From a virus: 64,000 bases of DNA. Under the pieces are notes generated by a model, which saw only the letters and a list, made by a program, of their open reading frames with translations, searched no databases and was not told the DNA's origin. Location: the IMG/VR virus record IMGVR_UViG_3300032246_003079; one strand, 5' to 3'. Below are positions 21,462 through 30,637 of this stretch, one piece after another (positions within the stretch are counted from its first letter, which is position 1; every line of letters begins with the position of its first letter). Both the position numbers and the translations under genes were made by a program.

Positions 21462-22247
21462 ATGTCCGATTTTAGTAAAGTCGGAGGGGTCGGTATTATG
21501 GGTTTCATTTCACCAATGGACACCCTCGATACATACGCAGTTACAGACCCCTTATATGGTATTGACGGTCTTAGAAATGTTGACCAAGAAACAGACCTTA
21601 ATTTAATTTCTTACGACAGAAGAAGACCAGGGATGATTGTTGGAATCGAGGGAGGTCTTCGGTTTTTTAAACTTAAAAATGTTTTTTGGTCTTTTGAACT
21701 TTCTGATTGGGAGGAAATTTTCTTTTTAACGTCATCAGATTTAAATTTACTTAGAAATTTACCAAATAAATTAATAATTCCTGGAGTTAATTCATCAACT
21801 TTTGTTGATAGAGAAATAATTTCTGGTTTAGTTAATGGTATAAATACAACATTTACCTTAAATTATACACCAGAAGTCAATTCTGAACACATATATTATA
21901 ACGGACTATTACAAGAAAAGGGAAATAATAAAGATTACGTTATAAATGGTAAAACGATTACATTTAATGAACCTCCTAGAACTAATAGTAAATTACTTTG
22001 CTCATATAGAACTTACAGTGAAATAAATTTTATTGACCGTGAAACACCTTTTGGTAATATTGATGGTTCAAATAAAGTTTTTGAATTAAGTATAACACCA
22101 AAAACAGGAAGTGAACACATTTATTTAAATGGTCTATTACAAGATTTTGGCGAAAATAATGATTATAAAATAAACGGAAAAATTATAACATTTAACATTT
22201 CTCCACCTGAATCAAGTAAGATTACTTGTTCATATCGATTTAATTAA
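21462..22247 (+). CDS. virion structural protein with two copies of a beta domain shared with the fibre C-terminus
   Basis: GLVNGINTTFTL...SEHIYYNGLLQ and GNIDGSNKVFEL...SEHIYLNGLLQ. The same motif ends the 22782 protein. RRRPGMIVGI motif. Confidence 0.6.
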   Translation: MSDFSKVGGVGIMGFISPMDTLDTYAVTDPLYGIDGLRNVDQETDLNLISYDRRRPGMIVGIEGGLRFFKLKNVFWSFELSDWEEIFFLTSSDLNLLRNLPNKLIIPGVNSSTFVDREIISGLVNGINTTFTLNYTPEVNSEHIYYNGLLQEKGNNKDYVINGKTITFNEPPRTNSKLLCSYRTYSEINFIDRETPFGNIDGSNKVFELSITPKTGSEHIYLNGLLQDFGENNDYKINGKIITFNISPPESSKITCSYRFN

Positions 22248-22315
22248 AATAAAATTAACATAAAAACTAAATAACTTAAAACATAAACATATTTATAATA
22301 AGAAACAAAAAAACA

Positions 22316-22549
22316 ATGAGTGAAGAAGAAAAATACACAACGTCCGATTTATATTTAGGAGCTTATCTTAAACTTAAAGGTTATAAGATGACTGTAGAAA
22401 AAAATAGAAATAAGGCGGTTTTTGTGTTTGAAAAAAATGAAGGTTTACAAAAAGAAGTTAATAATTATTTAAATGAGAGTGGTTCATGTGAACCTCTTTT
22501 ATTTACTAATTCTATTAAGAATTTAAAAAATTTATTATATAATTTGTAA
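22316..22549 (+). CDS. small DUF5659-like protein (possible nucleic-acid-binding regulator)
   Basis: YTTSDLYLGAYLKLKGY...KAVFVF pattern. TATTTAT at 22290-22296. Confidence 0.55.
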   Translation: MSEEEKYTTSDLYLGAYLKLKGYKMTVEKNRNKAVFVFEKNEGLQKEVNNYLNESGSCEPLLFTNSIKNLKNLLYNL

Positions 22550-22781
22550 AAGTTTTTGACTTTTTCAAATTTATGAAATATTTATATGTATACTATCGTC
22601 GTAATTATCGACAATTATTAATATCTTTTATTTATCTTCCTATTTACATTAGTATCATATTACTTGGGTGTTTTTGTCCTTAAAATCACCCTGTAGATAT
22701 TTGTATGCGTCAACCAACTTGCCTCAAGAGTTGAGAACAAGGTGTAAAGAACACTTTTTAAACTTTAAAAAATAATTTTTT

Positions 22782-25529
22782 ATGGCTACTACTAAAATAG
22801 TTTTAGACTTACAATCGGACTTGGTATTATCGAGTCCATCAATCACAACCCCAGTTGGTATTATCGCGGGTGACATTAAGTTTGGTTTAACATCAAACGT
22901 TGACACTGAATTAGGTAATTTATCAACTAACATCTCAAATGAGGCAACTGCAAGAGTTGCTGGTGACAATTCTGTCGCATCTAACTTGTCTTCTGAAGTT
23001 GTTAACAGAACAAACGCAGTTGCATCTGAAGCTTCTACAAGATTGGCTAACGACAATTCATTGGCTTTAGTTATTTCTCAAGAAATTTCTACAGAACATT
23101 CTTTCAATGTTGTTGAACACGCTTCTTTGGCTGCTAACTTGTCAACTGAAATCGTTAACAGAACTGCTGATGTAGACGCTGAAGAATCAAGAGCAATCGC
23201 TGCTGAAGGTTCAATCGCATCTAACTTGTCAACTGAAGTTGTTAACAGAACAAACGCTGTTACTGCTGAAGCATCTTCAAGAGTTGCTGGTGATTTATCA
23301 TTAGAAACTTCTTTAAATGCTGAAAAATCTCGTGCAATGTCTTCTGAAGTTTCATTGGCGAATGATTTAACTGCTGAGACAAATGCAAGAATCGCCGATG
23401 TTAACGCTGAAGAATCAAGAGCTATCGCTGCTGAAGGTTCATTGTCATCTCGTGTGAATACTGAAGAGAATGCTCGTGCTGCGGCTGACGCGTCTTTGGA
23501 CACAAAAATTGATTTTGTTATTTCTAACACTGACCCTGCTGCGTTAGATTCATTAACTGAAATCGTTTCTGCTTTCCAATCTGTTGATGGTGACCTTAAC
23601 AACACAATCACTACATTGGCATCTACAGCGTCTGTTGCGGTATCTACAGAAAAAGCTAGAGCAATGTCTGTTGAATCTTCTATTGCTAATGATTTGTCTT
23701 CTGAAATTGTAAACAGAGGATTAGATGTTGACGCTGAAGAAGCAAGAGCACAATCTGTTGAAGCTGACTTATCTGAAGAAATTTCTTTGGAAATTGCTAA
23801 CAGAGAAGCTGCTGTATCAACTGAAGTTGCAAGAGCAACTGCGGCTGAATTGTCAATCGCTTCTAACTTGACTTCTGAAATCGCAAACAGAATTTCTGAT
23901 GTTAACTCTGAAGAATCAAGAGCAATCGCAGCTGAAGGTTCAATCGCTTCTAACTTGTCAACTGAAATCGTAAACAGAATCGCTGACGTTAACGCTGAAG
24001 AATCAAGAGCGATGGTTGCTGAATCAACTATTTCTTCTAACTTGTCTTCTGAAATCGTTAACAGAACTGCTGATGTTGATGCTGAAGAAGTAAGAGCAAT
24101 GTCTGTTGAAGAATCATTAAGAAATGATATTTCATTTGAGGGATTTGTAAGAGAATTGTTTGATGCATCGATGCAAAGCACCTTAGATGCTGTATCAAGT
24201 AAAACAGATTTTAATGAATTTCACATCAATACGGTGGAAGAAAATTTAAGTTTGTATATTATTTCTGAAATATCTAAAGAACACTCTCATCACGTAGATG
24301 GTGACTTTTCATTAGAAACTTCAATAAATGCGGAAGCATCGTCTCGTGAAGACGCTGACAATAGATTGTCTGCTGAAATTTCTGAGTGTTGTTCAATCCA
24401 CACATCTGTTGATGTTGTATTGTCAGGTGAAATTTCAAGAGGATTTGGTTCAATTGAAACTACAGTTTCAACAAAAGAATCAATGACTGTAGTAAGAGAA
24501 AATTCAATTGACTCTAAATTATCTTCTGCAATTTCTTCTGAAGCTTCTTCAAGAGTATCTAAAGATGATTCATTAGAGTCTGTAATTTCAGAAGCTAAAA
24601 CTTCTATCAACACAGTAATGACTGCTGAAGCTTCTTCAAGAGTATCTGGTAATGTTTCTTTAGAGAACGCAATCGCAAGAGAAGAAGGAAGAATTGACGC
24701 TATCCTTGATGGTTCTACAGTTGATTTAGACCAATTTGCTGAAATCGTTTCTTTCGTTAACGGAATTGACTTAGCAAACGATAACGCATTGTTATCCGCT
24801 GTAACTTCAATCGGTACTGCAATTGGTAGTGAAGAAAGTTCAAGAGTTTCTAAAGATAATTCATTAGAATCTGTAATTGCAACAAACAGAACTGACGCTA
24901 ACACAGCAATGTCTACTGAAATTTCTAACAGACAATCTGCTGACACGTCATTGTTTGTACAATTGAATGACAAAATCAACAACGAAATCTCTGATAGAAC
25001 TGCTGACGTTGATGCTGAACAAGCAAGAGCTGAAGGTGCTGAAGGAATGTTGAACTCAAAAATCAACACTGAAATCTCTAACAGAGAAAGTGCTGATTCT
25101 TCATTGAATACTGCAATTAATGAAGCGGTTTTAATGTTGAATACTAAGATTAATGACGAGACAAGTAGAGCTCAAGGTGCTGAAGGTTCATTAGAGGCTG
25201 CATTGTCTTCTGAAGTTGCTAACTTGTTATCAAATACAGATTTAACTGCAATTGATTCATTCTCTGAAGTAGTTACTGAATTGGATGCTGTTAAAAACAT
25301 AATCAGCAACACTTACTTCAAGAAAGTATCTATTTCTGGTTTAGTTAACGGAACAAACAAAAACTTCACATTGGGTGCTACAGTTAAGACTGGTTCTGAG
25401 GCAATCTATTACAATGGATTGTTACAAGAAATGGGTGAAGACTACACTATCTCTGGTGGTGTTAACGTACAGTTTACTTATACTCCAGCTATTGGTGGTA
25501 AAGTAACTGCTTACGGTGTTTACGCTTAA
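22782..25529 (+). CDS. long Ser/Ala/Glu-rich coiled-coil repeat fibre protein (tail or head fibre)
   Basis: 915 aa. Repeated AEESRAIAAEGSIASNLSTEIVNR units. Three ALDSLTEIV / DLDQFAEIV / AIDSFSEVV motifs typical of phage fibres. C-terminal NGLLQ domain. Codon usage like the capsid gene. Confidence 0.7.
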   Translation: MATTKIVLDLQSDLVLSSPSITTPVGIIAGDIKFGLTSNVDTELGNLSTNISNEATARVAGDNSVASNLSSEVVNRTNAVASEASTRLANDNSLALVISQEISTEHSFNVVEHASLAANLSTEIVNRTADVDAEESRAIAAEGSIASNLSTEVVNRTNAVTAEASSRVAGDLSLETSLNAEKSRAMSSEVSLANDLTAETNARIADVNAEESRAIAAEGSLSSRVNTEENARAAADASLDTKIDFVISNTDPAALDSLTEIVSAFQSVDGDLNNTITTLASTASVAVSTEKARAMSVESSIANDLSSEIVNRGLDVDAEEARAQSVEADLSEEISLEIANREAAVSTEVARATAAELSIASNLTSEIANRISDVNSEESRAIAAEGSIASNLSTEIVNRIADVNAEESRAMVAESTISSNLSSEIVNRTADVDAEEVRAMSVEESLRNDISFEGFVRELFDASMQSTLDAVSSKTDFNEFHINTVEENLSLYIISEISKEHSHHVDGDFSLETSINAEASSREDADNRLSAEISECCSIHTSVDVVLSGEISRGFGSIETTVSTKESMTVVRENSIDSKLSSAISSEASSRVSKDDSLESVISEAKTSINTVMTAEASSRVSGNVSLENAIAREEGRIDAILDGSTVDLDQFAEIVSFVNGIDLANDNALLSAVTSIGTAIGSEESSRVSKDNSLESVIATNRTDANTAMSTEISNRQSADTSLFVQLNDKINNEISDRTADVDAEQARAEGAEGMLNSKINTEISNRESADSSLNTAINEAVLMLNTKINDETSRAQGAEGSLEAALSSEVANLLSNTDLTAIDSFSEVVTELDAVKNIISNTYFKKVSISGLVNGTNKNFTLGATVKTGSEAIYYNGLLQEMGEDYTISGGVNVQFTYTPAIGGKVTAYGVYA

Positions 25530-25552
25530 TCATTAACTTTTTAATGAAAAAG

Positions 25553-25581
25553 AAAAGGGACTCTTCGGAGTCCCTTTTTTT
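25553..25581. terminator. bidirectional intrinsic terminator (cUUCGg loop)
   Basis: aaaagggactc-ttcg-gagtccctttt between convergent genes. Confidence 0.85.
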
Positions 25582-25596
25582 ATTATAGAAAAAAAA

Positions 25597-26796
25597 TTAA
25601 AGATTGTCGTATCTATTTGTATTTGGGTTATAAACCAAATCTTTATTTCCACCATTAAAAAGATTATAAATCAATTTGTCATAAGTTTCAATAAGTTCTT
25701 GATTATCAGCATGATATCTTTGTAAAACAATATCATTTCTTTTATGGTATTCTAAAATATTGTTATCGTGTTCGGTTAAAATATAGTTCAACATTTTAGC
25801 ACCTTCTTTTGTATCACTATTTTCATAATAATAACCAAGGTCTTTACAAAGAGGAGCATTGTGTAAAACAGGATAACCCAAATAAGCGGCGTCCAAATAA
25901 AGATAATTCAAAGGATTTAATACTTGATGACAAAGTAAAACATCAAAGTATTGTGTTAGAACAAATGATGTTTGATATCTTGATTCTGCGGTAATTTTTT
26001 TATCTTCATACAAATCAAAAGTTTTTATTATTGACATAAACTCATAATTTTCTTTAAGTTTATCACCGTTTGTAATCATAAGTTTATCAATTTTATTTTT
26101 TCCTGTTTCAGTTCTATATGATTCTTCAGCAATCATTGTTGGAATAATAGAATATTTAACAACATTAATATTTGGCTCCATAATTCCCAACACTTTTTTA
26201 TCTTTGTCGGGATTATATTTATAACCTTTTTTATATCTACCTTCTTTGAATCCTTTTTCAATTCCAATTACGGCTTCAAGCAAAAATTTGTTATGCCAAA
26301 TAAAAGGAACTATAAATGCATTTGTTCTATATAATGTTGAAAAGAACCCACTATTGGTTTCATGTTGTTGAGGAATATACCATAGTTCATCAAATGTTGT
26401 TTCGTATTCAAAATATTTTTTTTTGTTTTCTTTAAACAAAACATTTTCCATATGGATTACATAATTGTTTCCACATTTATAACCGATAAATCTTTTATTT
26501 TTATCCTCTTTGAACTTTTTAATATCTTCTTCGTATACTTGGGCTCCCATCATCACAATAAGGTCCATATCCATATATTTTTCTTTAAAGTTATAGATAT
26601 TAATGTCTTTAAGATAAGAAGGTCTTTGTTCTGTAAAATCAACATCAAAAGTGTTTAATATACAAACATCATAGTCATTTTTTGATTTCTTTAATAAATG
26701 AACAAACATTAAAACATTCTGTTTCATTCCATTTGTCCAAATTGATTCTGTATTTGATTGTAGTCCTAAAGTTATTCCAATTTTTAGATTTTTCAT
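25597..26796 (-). CDS. DUF2827-family putative glycosyltransferase
   Basis: KIGITL...SIWTNGMKQN, CGNNY, IMEPNINVVK, HQVLNPLNYLYLDAAYLGYPVLHNAP...GYYY. Confidence 0.7.
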   Translation of the reverse strand: MKNLKIGITLGLQSNTESIWTNGMKQNVLMFVHLLKKSKNDYDVCILNTFDVDFTEQRPSYLKDINIYNFKEKYMDMDLIVMMGAQVYEEDIKKFKEDKNKRFIGYKCGNNYVIHMENVLFKENKKKYFEYETTFDELWYIPQQHETNSGFFSTLYRTNAFIVPFIWHNKFLLEAVIGIEKGFKEGRYKKGYKYNPDKDKKVLGIMEPNINVVKYSIIPTMIAEESYRTETGKNKIDKLMITNGDKLKENYEFMSIIKTFDLYEDKKITAESRYQTSFVLTQYFDVLLCHQVLNPLNYLYLDAAYLGYPVLHNAPLCKDLGYYYENSDTKEGAKMLNYILTEHDNNILEYHKRNDIVLQRYHADNQELIETYDKLIYNLFNGGNKDLVYNPNTNRYDNL

Positions 26797-26798
26797 CT

Positions 26799-27350
26799 TT
26801 ATTGATTTGATTGGTTTATAAATTGTGTTATTATTTCATCTTTTTTTTCTTGAGTTTCTGAGTTAGCCCATAACCATAAAAAAGACCCTGAAACGGATTG
26901 TATTTCTTTTTTCTTTTCTTCTATTGTTTTTTGTATTAATATAAAACCATTTGATTCAAAATCTATTTCAAGATTTATTTTTTTTGCAATTTTATAAAGT
27001 GTTAATAAATCATTTTTTTCATAAGCGATTTGTGATTCTTCATACCATTTTATTCTAATGGTATTTTTTGTTTTATCTGGATGACATTCTTTTGCTATTA
27101 ATCTAAAAATTGATTTAATTGTTTTTAATTCTTTTTCTGAAACCTCAAATGGTTTATCTTTTTTTATACCACAAGATGTGGTTTCTCCTGTTACTATTGG
27201 TGATTTATAACCCATTTTTATAGCTTCTTCCATAAACAATGGTTTATGGTATGTTGTAAACTCATCAATATATTCTTTTTCTAATTCTAAAAGATTTAAC
27301 TCTTTTAAATATAGATTTATTTTCAAGTCATTTAACTTTTTTTTAGACAT
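26799..27350 (-). CDS. J-domain (DnaJ-like) co-chaperone protein
   Basis: IKSIFRLIAKECHPDK...YEESQIAYE, i.e. helix II plus the HPD motif. Confidence 0.7.
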   Translation of the reverse strand: MSKKKLNDLKINLYLKELNLLELEKEYIDEFTTYHKPLFMEEAIKMGYKSPIVTGETTSCGIKKDKPFEVSEKELKTIKSIFRLIAKECHPDKTKNTIRIKWYEESQIAYEKNDLLTLYKIAKKINLEIDFESNGFILIQKTIEEKKKEIQSVSGSFLWLWANSETQEKKDEIITQFINQSNQ

Positions 27351-27362
27351 ATTTTTTAAAAT

Positions 27363-27803
27363 TTAATATGTAGGTCTATCAGATACTTCCATATAATATG
27401 GACTTGACTGTACTATGTGTAAACCTAAACTAGTTTGATATGAAACTTTTGCTTTATAGTATCCGGTTTGTAATGGTCTATATATGTTTGAATTTGCGCC
27501 GCTAATTTCTTCATCATTTAAGTACCAATTCCAAGTTGTTGAAGAAATACTAATTATTGGGTTTGTAAAGGTATACACAATTAAATCAGGACCATCATTT
27601 TGAACATATAAATCTTGACCGAAAACTAAAGACAACATTGTATGTTTTAATTCATCTATTTGACCTTGTAAATCTACATCTACTTCATCATTTATAGAAT
27701 CTTCAGTGGATATTTTAGTTTCTAATGATTCGTCAATAAAGTCTAATGAACTTAATTCTTCTGGTAGTCCTGAAACTTGGTCTTGGTTTAATTTTGTTGA
27801 CAT
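27363..27803 (-). CDS. small virion protein with fibre-like N-terminal repeat and Ig-like C-terminal domain
   Basis: DESLETKISTE resembles the fibre repeats. WNWYLNDEEISGANSNIY...GYYKAKV is Ig-like. TATTTAT at 27816-27822. Confidence 0.5.
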   Translation of the reverse strand: MSTKLNQDQVSGLPEELSSLDFIDESLETKISTEDSINDEVDVDLQGQIDELKHTMLSLVFGQDLYVQNDGPDLIVYTFTNPIISISSTTWNWYLNDEEISGANSNIYRPLQTGYYKAKVSYQTSLGLHIVQSSPYYMEVSDRPTY

Positions 27804-27888
27804 AACTTTTTAATTATAAATACCACATCTTTGTTCTTAATATTGTAATATCTTAATTTTTTTTGTTTATCGTTATGCTAAAAATTAT

Positions 27889-28398
27889 CTAAAAATCCTG
27901 TTCAATAAGTATTGTAGTTGGTATGTTCATATATAATCTTTTTTTACTACCAACAATTTGTTTATACCACAATCCCTTATCATCCATCCATACGTATGGG
28001 TCATCAGGGTTTTCAGTCCAACCATGTTTTGAGTAATATTCATTATCTTTACGTAATAAGTTTGCTCTATGTGAAGAATGAAACTCTTCCGTACCTAACC
28101 AGTGAGGTAAAACAAAATCACCTTCAATATGTTCGTGTTCCATAGTATTTTTAAAACCTCTTTCAACCCATACATCAATACAATCATTATAGTATTGTTT
28201 TAGGGCATTAACATAATCTTTCCACATAACAGAACAGGGGTGATTTAACCATCCTTTATAAGGTTTACCATCTTTTCGGGTTCTACCTGTAATTGCAGAT
28301 ATAATTTGATAAGCCTCAACTCGTTGTTTACCAAGACGTTTATTGTCCAAAGACTCTAATGATTTTCTAAAATCTGAATATGGAAGAAAAGTTTGCAA
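27889..28398 (-). CDS. pyrimidine-dimer DNA glycosylase / endonuclease V-like protein (MSMEG_6728-like)
   Basis: QTFLPY...LDNKRLGKQRVEAYQI...GWLNHPCSVMW...HSSHRANLLRKD..YY. TTG start. Confidence 0.8.
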   Translation of the reverse strand: MQTFLPYSDFRKSLESLDNKRLGKQRVEAYQIISAITGRTRKDGKPYKGWLNHPCSVMWKDYVNALKQYYNDCIDVWVERGFKNTMEHEHIEGDFVLPHWLGTEEFHSSHRANLLRKDNEYYSKHGWTENPDDPYVWMDDKGLWYKQIVGSKKRLYMNIPTTILIEQDF

Positions 28399-28529
28399 TT
28401 TTTTAAACTTTTTTAATTAGTGATATATTTATAAAACAAAGATAATAAAAATAATTTAAAATTATGAAAAGAATTGTTAGATTAACTGAGTCAGATTTAG
28501 CTCGAATTGTAAGAAGAGTTATTAATGAA
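28323..28529 (+). repeat. direct repeat A, copy 1 (glycosylase 5' end + promoters + MKRIVRLTE leader)
   Basis: Near-identical to 29719-29936. Confidence 0.9.
28426..28444. promoter_or_regulatory. face-to-face promoters: TATTTAT (+, 28426-28432) and TATCTTTG (-, 28437-28444)
   Basis: Candidate late motif for the 28464 gene and host-type -7 element for the glycosylase. Both are retained in repeat copy 2. Confidence 0.5.
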
Positions 28530-29087
28530 AGACAATATTTAATGGAAGGTTTAGGTAATACAACATTAGAACTTGTTACAGGTCCTGCAGCAATTAACAG
28601 AACCGTTTGTAGTACAGGTATGGACCAATTTTTAGTTACTTTAACGGTGAAGAATACTGGAACAGAAATAGCATACCTAACTAGAGTTGTTGTTGGTGGA
28701 AAAGGATTAACTAATGCCCAACTGGCAGACCATAAAGTTTCCATTGGTGGGGTTTCGAAGCACAGTAATCATGATAATGGGGCAGAACAAGCAATTGTCC
28801 CTGTAGGAAAAACGGCTACTGTAACGGTAATAGCAAAAACCAATTTAAGTTCTCGGAATGCAAAAATAAGTGATATTTACAAACAAATCCAAGCTGAAAG
28901 AAACCCCACAAAAAAGACAGAATTACAAAACCAATTGACTGCTTTGCGAAAAGAATCTCCATTTGGAGCAAATCAAGTTTACATTGAATATAATGGAGGA
29001 CACCTAAATGTTCCTTTAGATACTGCGGGTTTAGTGCTCGGTAATACTACTTGTGAAGCCGCTATTGACCTTGCTAGAGGATTCTAA
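28464..29087 (+). CDS. leader-bearing cargo protein 1 (Ig-like beta domain)
   Basis: MKRIVRLTESDLARIVRRVINE leader, then VTLTVKNTG...VPVGKTATVTV. Confidence 0.7.
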   Translation: MKRIVRLTESDLARIVRRVINERQYLMEGLGNTTLELVTGPAAINRTVCSTGMDQFLVTLTVKNTGTEIAYLTRVVVGGKGLTNAQLADHKVSIGGVSKHSNHDNGAEQAIVPVGKTATVTVIAKTNLSSRNAKISDIYKQIQAERNPTKKTELQNQLTALRKESPFGANQVYIEYNGGHLNVPLDTAGLVLGNTTCEAAIDLARGF

Positions 29088-29105
29088 TTTAAAAATAATA
29101 ATAAC

Positions 29106-29139
29106 AAAAAACCCCCCACTAAAAAGATGGGGGGTTTTT
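29106..29139. terminator. bidirectional terminator (C6/G6 stem)
   Basis: aaaaaacccccc-actaaaaagat-ggggggttttt between convergent genes. Confidence 0.75.
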
Positions 29140-29141
29140 AA

Positions 29142-29567
29142 TTATTTAATGTCTTTAAGAAAGGTTCTATTATTTACAAAGTCTGGCCATAAAAAACAAA
29201 CATCGTTTATTTTATTATTATGTAATTTGAAATAAATATAAATTGTAGTTAAATAGTCTGTTTTTGTCGTGTAAGACTCGACAAATATTAAAGTTTCATT
29301 ATCGAAATCTACTAAGTTTGTAATTTTAAAATTTTCAACAAACTTACCATTCTCATAAAACTTCAATATCATACTATCTAAATCTATGGTGTATTTTCTA
29401 TCACAAACCATAGGAACTGATATTTTAGTATTTTTTAGTATTGAGTCTTTTTCTGGAAAATCGTCCACAACATATAAGTCATAGTTTTTAACATCAAATG
29501 TGTAAGTTTGACAAAAAGATACAAGACTAACAAAAGTTAACAAAAGACTAACAACTAATTTTTTCAT
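29142..29567 (-). CDS. secreted/periplasmic hypothetical protein
   Basis: Signal peptide MKKLVVSLLLTFVSLVSFCQ. Host-type promoter upstream. Confidence 0.65.
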   Translation of the reverse strand: MKKLVVSLLLTFVSLVSFCQTYTFDVKNYDLYVVDDFPEKDSILKNTKISVPMVCDRKYTIDLDSMILKFYENGKFVENFKITNLVDFDNETLIFVESYTTKTDYLTTIYIYFKLHNNKINDVCFLWPDFVNNRTFLKDIK

Positions 29568-29588
29568 GAGGTTTATTTTTTTAAATGG

Positions 29589-29728
29589 TTAATAACTGAT
29601 TACAATACAAAGATACACGTTTTTTATATATCTCCAAATTTTTTTGAAAAAAATATTAAAAAAATCCCACCATAATTAAATACTAAGTTAATTGTATTAT
29701 TTTTTTTTGGATGATATAGTTGTTTACC
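29589..29728 (+). repeat. direct repeat B, copy 1 (host-type promoter region)
   Basis: Near-identical to 30638-30779. Confidence 0.9.
29608..29638 (-). promoter_or_regulatory. Bacteroidota promoter TTTG-N19-TATCTTTG
   Basis: -33 at 29635-29638 and -7 at 29608-29615. Confidence 0.65.
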
Positions 29729-29936
29729 GAGACGTTTATTGTCCAAAGACTCCAATGATTTTCTAAAATCTAAATATGGTAGGAATGTTTGCAATTTTTT
29801 AAACTTTTCTAATTAGTGATATATTTATAAAACAAAGATAATAAAAAAATTAAATTATAACAAAAAAATTATGAAAAGAATTGTAAGATTAACTGAGTCA
29901 GATTTAGCTCGAATTGTAAGAAGGGTGATTAAAGAA
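29719..29936 (+). repeat. direct repeat A, copy 2, including a truncated 25-codon copy of the glycosylase 5' end on the minus strand
   Basis: Minus strand reads TTG-QTFLPYLDFRKSLESLDNKRLGKQ and then diverges. Most differences from copy 1 are synonymous. Confidence 0.9.
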
Positions 29937-30371
29937 GAAGAATCCTCAACCAACTTCAGTAGTTCCGATTTGGCAACAGCTAATAGTATTATTGATGCTT
30001 GTCTTGTAGCTTTTAAAGGGGATATTTTTGATGGTACTTATGAAAACGATGTTGAAAAAGCCATTAAAAGAATAACTACAAAGAATATATATAACGCCGT
30101 TCTGAACTTGGTTAAAACATCTAAAAAAGTTAGGTCAGCCACAGGTAATAACTATGACTTGGTGGGTGATTTTTTAAGTACTGACATGACCTTTGCGGCG
30201 GGACATAAAAGAAAAAGTGTTGGCGATATTCATAATACAGGGTCAGTATCATCACCATGGGCAGAATGGGATAAATTGACAGGATACGACCAACAATTAA
30301 CTCGTATTGAAAATTGGTTAAAAAAATATAATTCATCGGAATCCATTAAAATAGAAAGTTTTAATGATTAA
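29871..30371 (+). CDS. leader-bearing cargo protein 2
   Basis: MKRIVRLTESDLARIVRRVIKE leader, then a helical domain unrelated to cargo 1 (AFKGDIFDGTYENDVEKAI). Confidence 0.7.
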   Translation: MKRIVRLTESDLARIVRRVIKEEESSTNFSSSDLATANSIIDACLVAFKGDIFDGTYENDVEKAIKRITTKNIYNAVLNLVKTSKKVRSATGNNYDLVGDFLSTDMTFAAGHKRKSVGDIHNTGSVSSPWAEWDKLTGYDQQLTRIENWLKKYNSSESIKIESFND

Positions 30372-30391
30372 TAAATTTTAATAAAAACTTT

Positions 30392-30426
30392 AAAACCCCC
30401 CCTTACAAAAATAAGGGGGGTTTTTT
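30392..30426. terminator. bidirectional terminator (C/G-run stem)
   Basis: aaaacccccccctta-caaaaa-taaggggggtttttt, same design as 29106-29139. Confidence 0.75.
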
Positions 30427-30427
30427 A

Positions 30428-30619
30428 TTAAATTTTATTTTTAAGAAATTTGTATACTATGATTGGTAAAGTAATTCCAATACCCAAAAGACATAACCAA
30501 TTAAAGGTATAAATAACCCAATCTTCGAAGTAGTCTAAAAGCGGTGTATTTTTTACAAAAGGTATAAATACCATCTTGGTATATAAAAAAATACAAAAAA
30601 ATAAGACAGAAGTTTTCAT
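30428..30619 (-). CDS. small membrane protein
   Basis: 63 aa with two hydrophobic segments. Lies downstream of the repeat B promoter. Confidence 0.55.
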   Translation of the reverse strand: MKTSVLFFCIFLYTKMVFIPFVKNTPLLDYFEDWVIYTFNWLCLLGIGITLPIIVYKFLKNKI

Positions 30620-30637
30620 AAATAAAAATTTAAAAGA

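Noticed and set aside
23078-25069. Long antisense ORFs (367 aa and 259 aa) opposite the fibre gene
   Set aside because: Shadow frames produced by the repetitive GCT/TCT/GAA codon bias of the sense gene. They have no promoter motif or recognisable domain.
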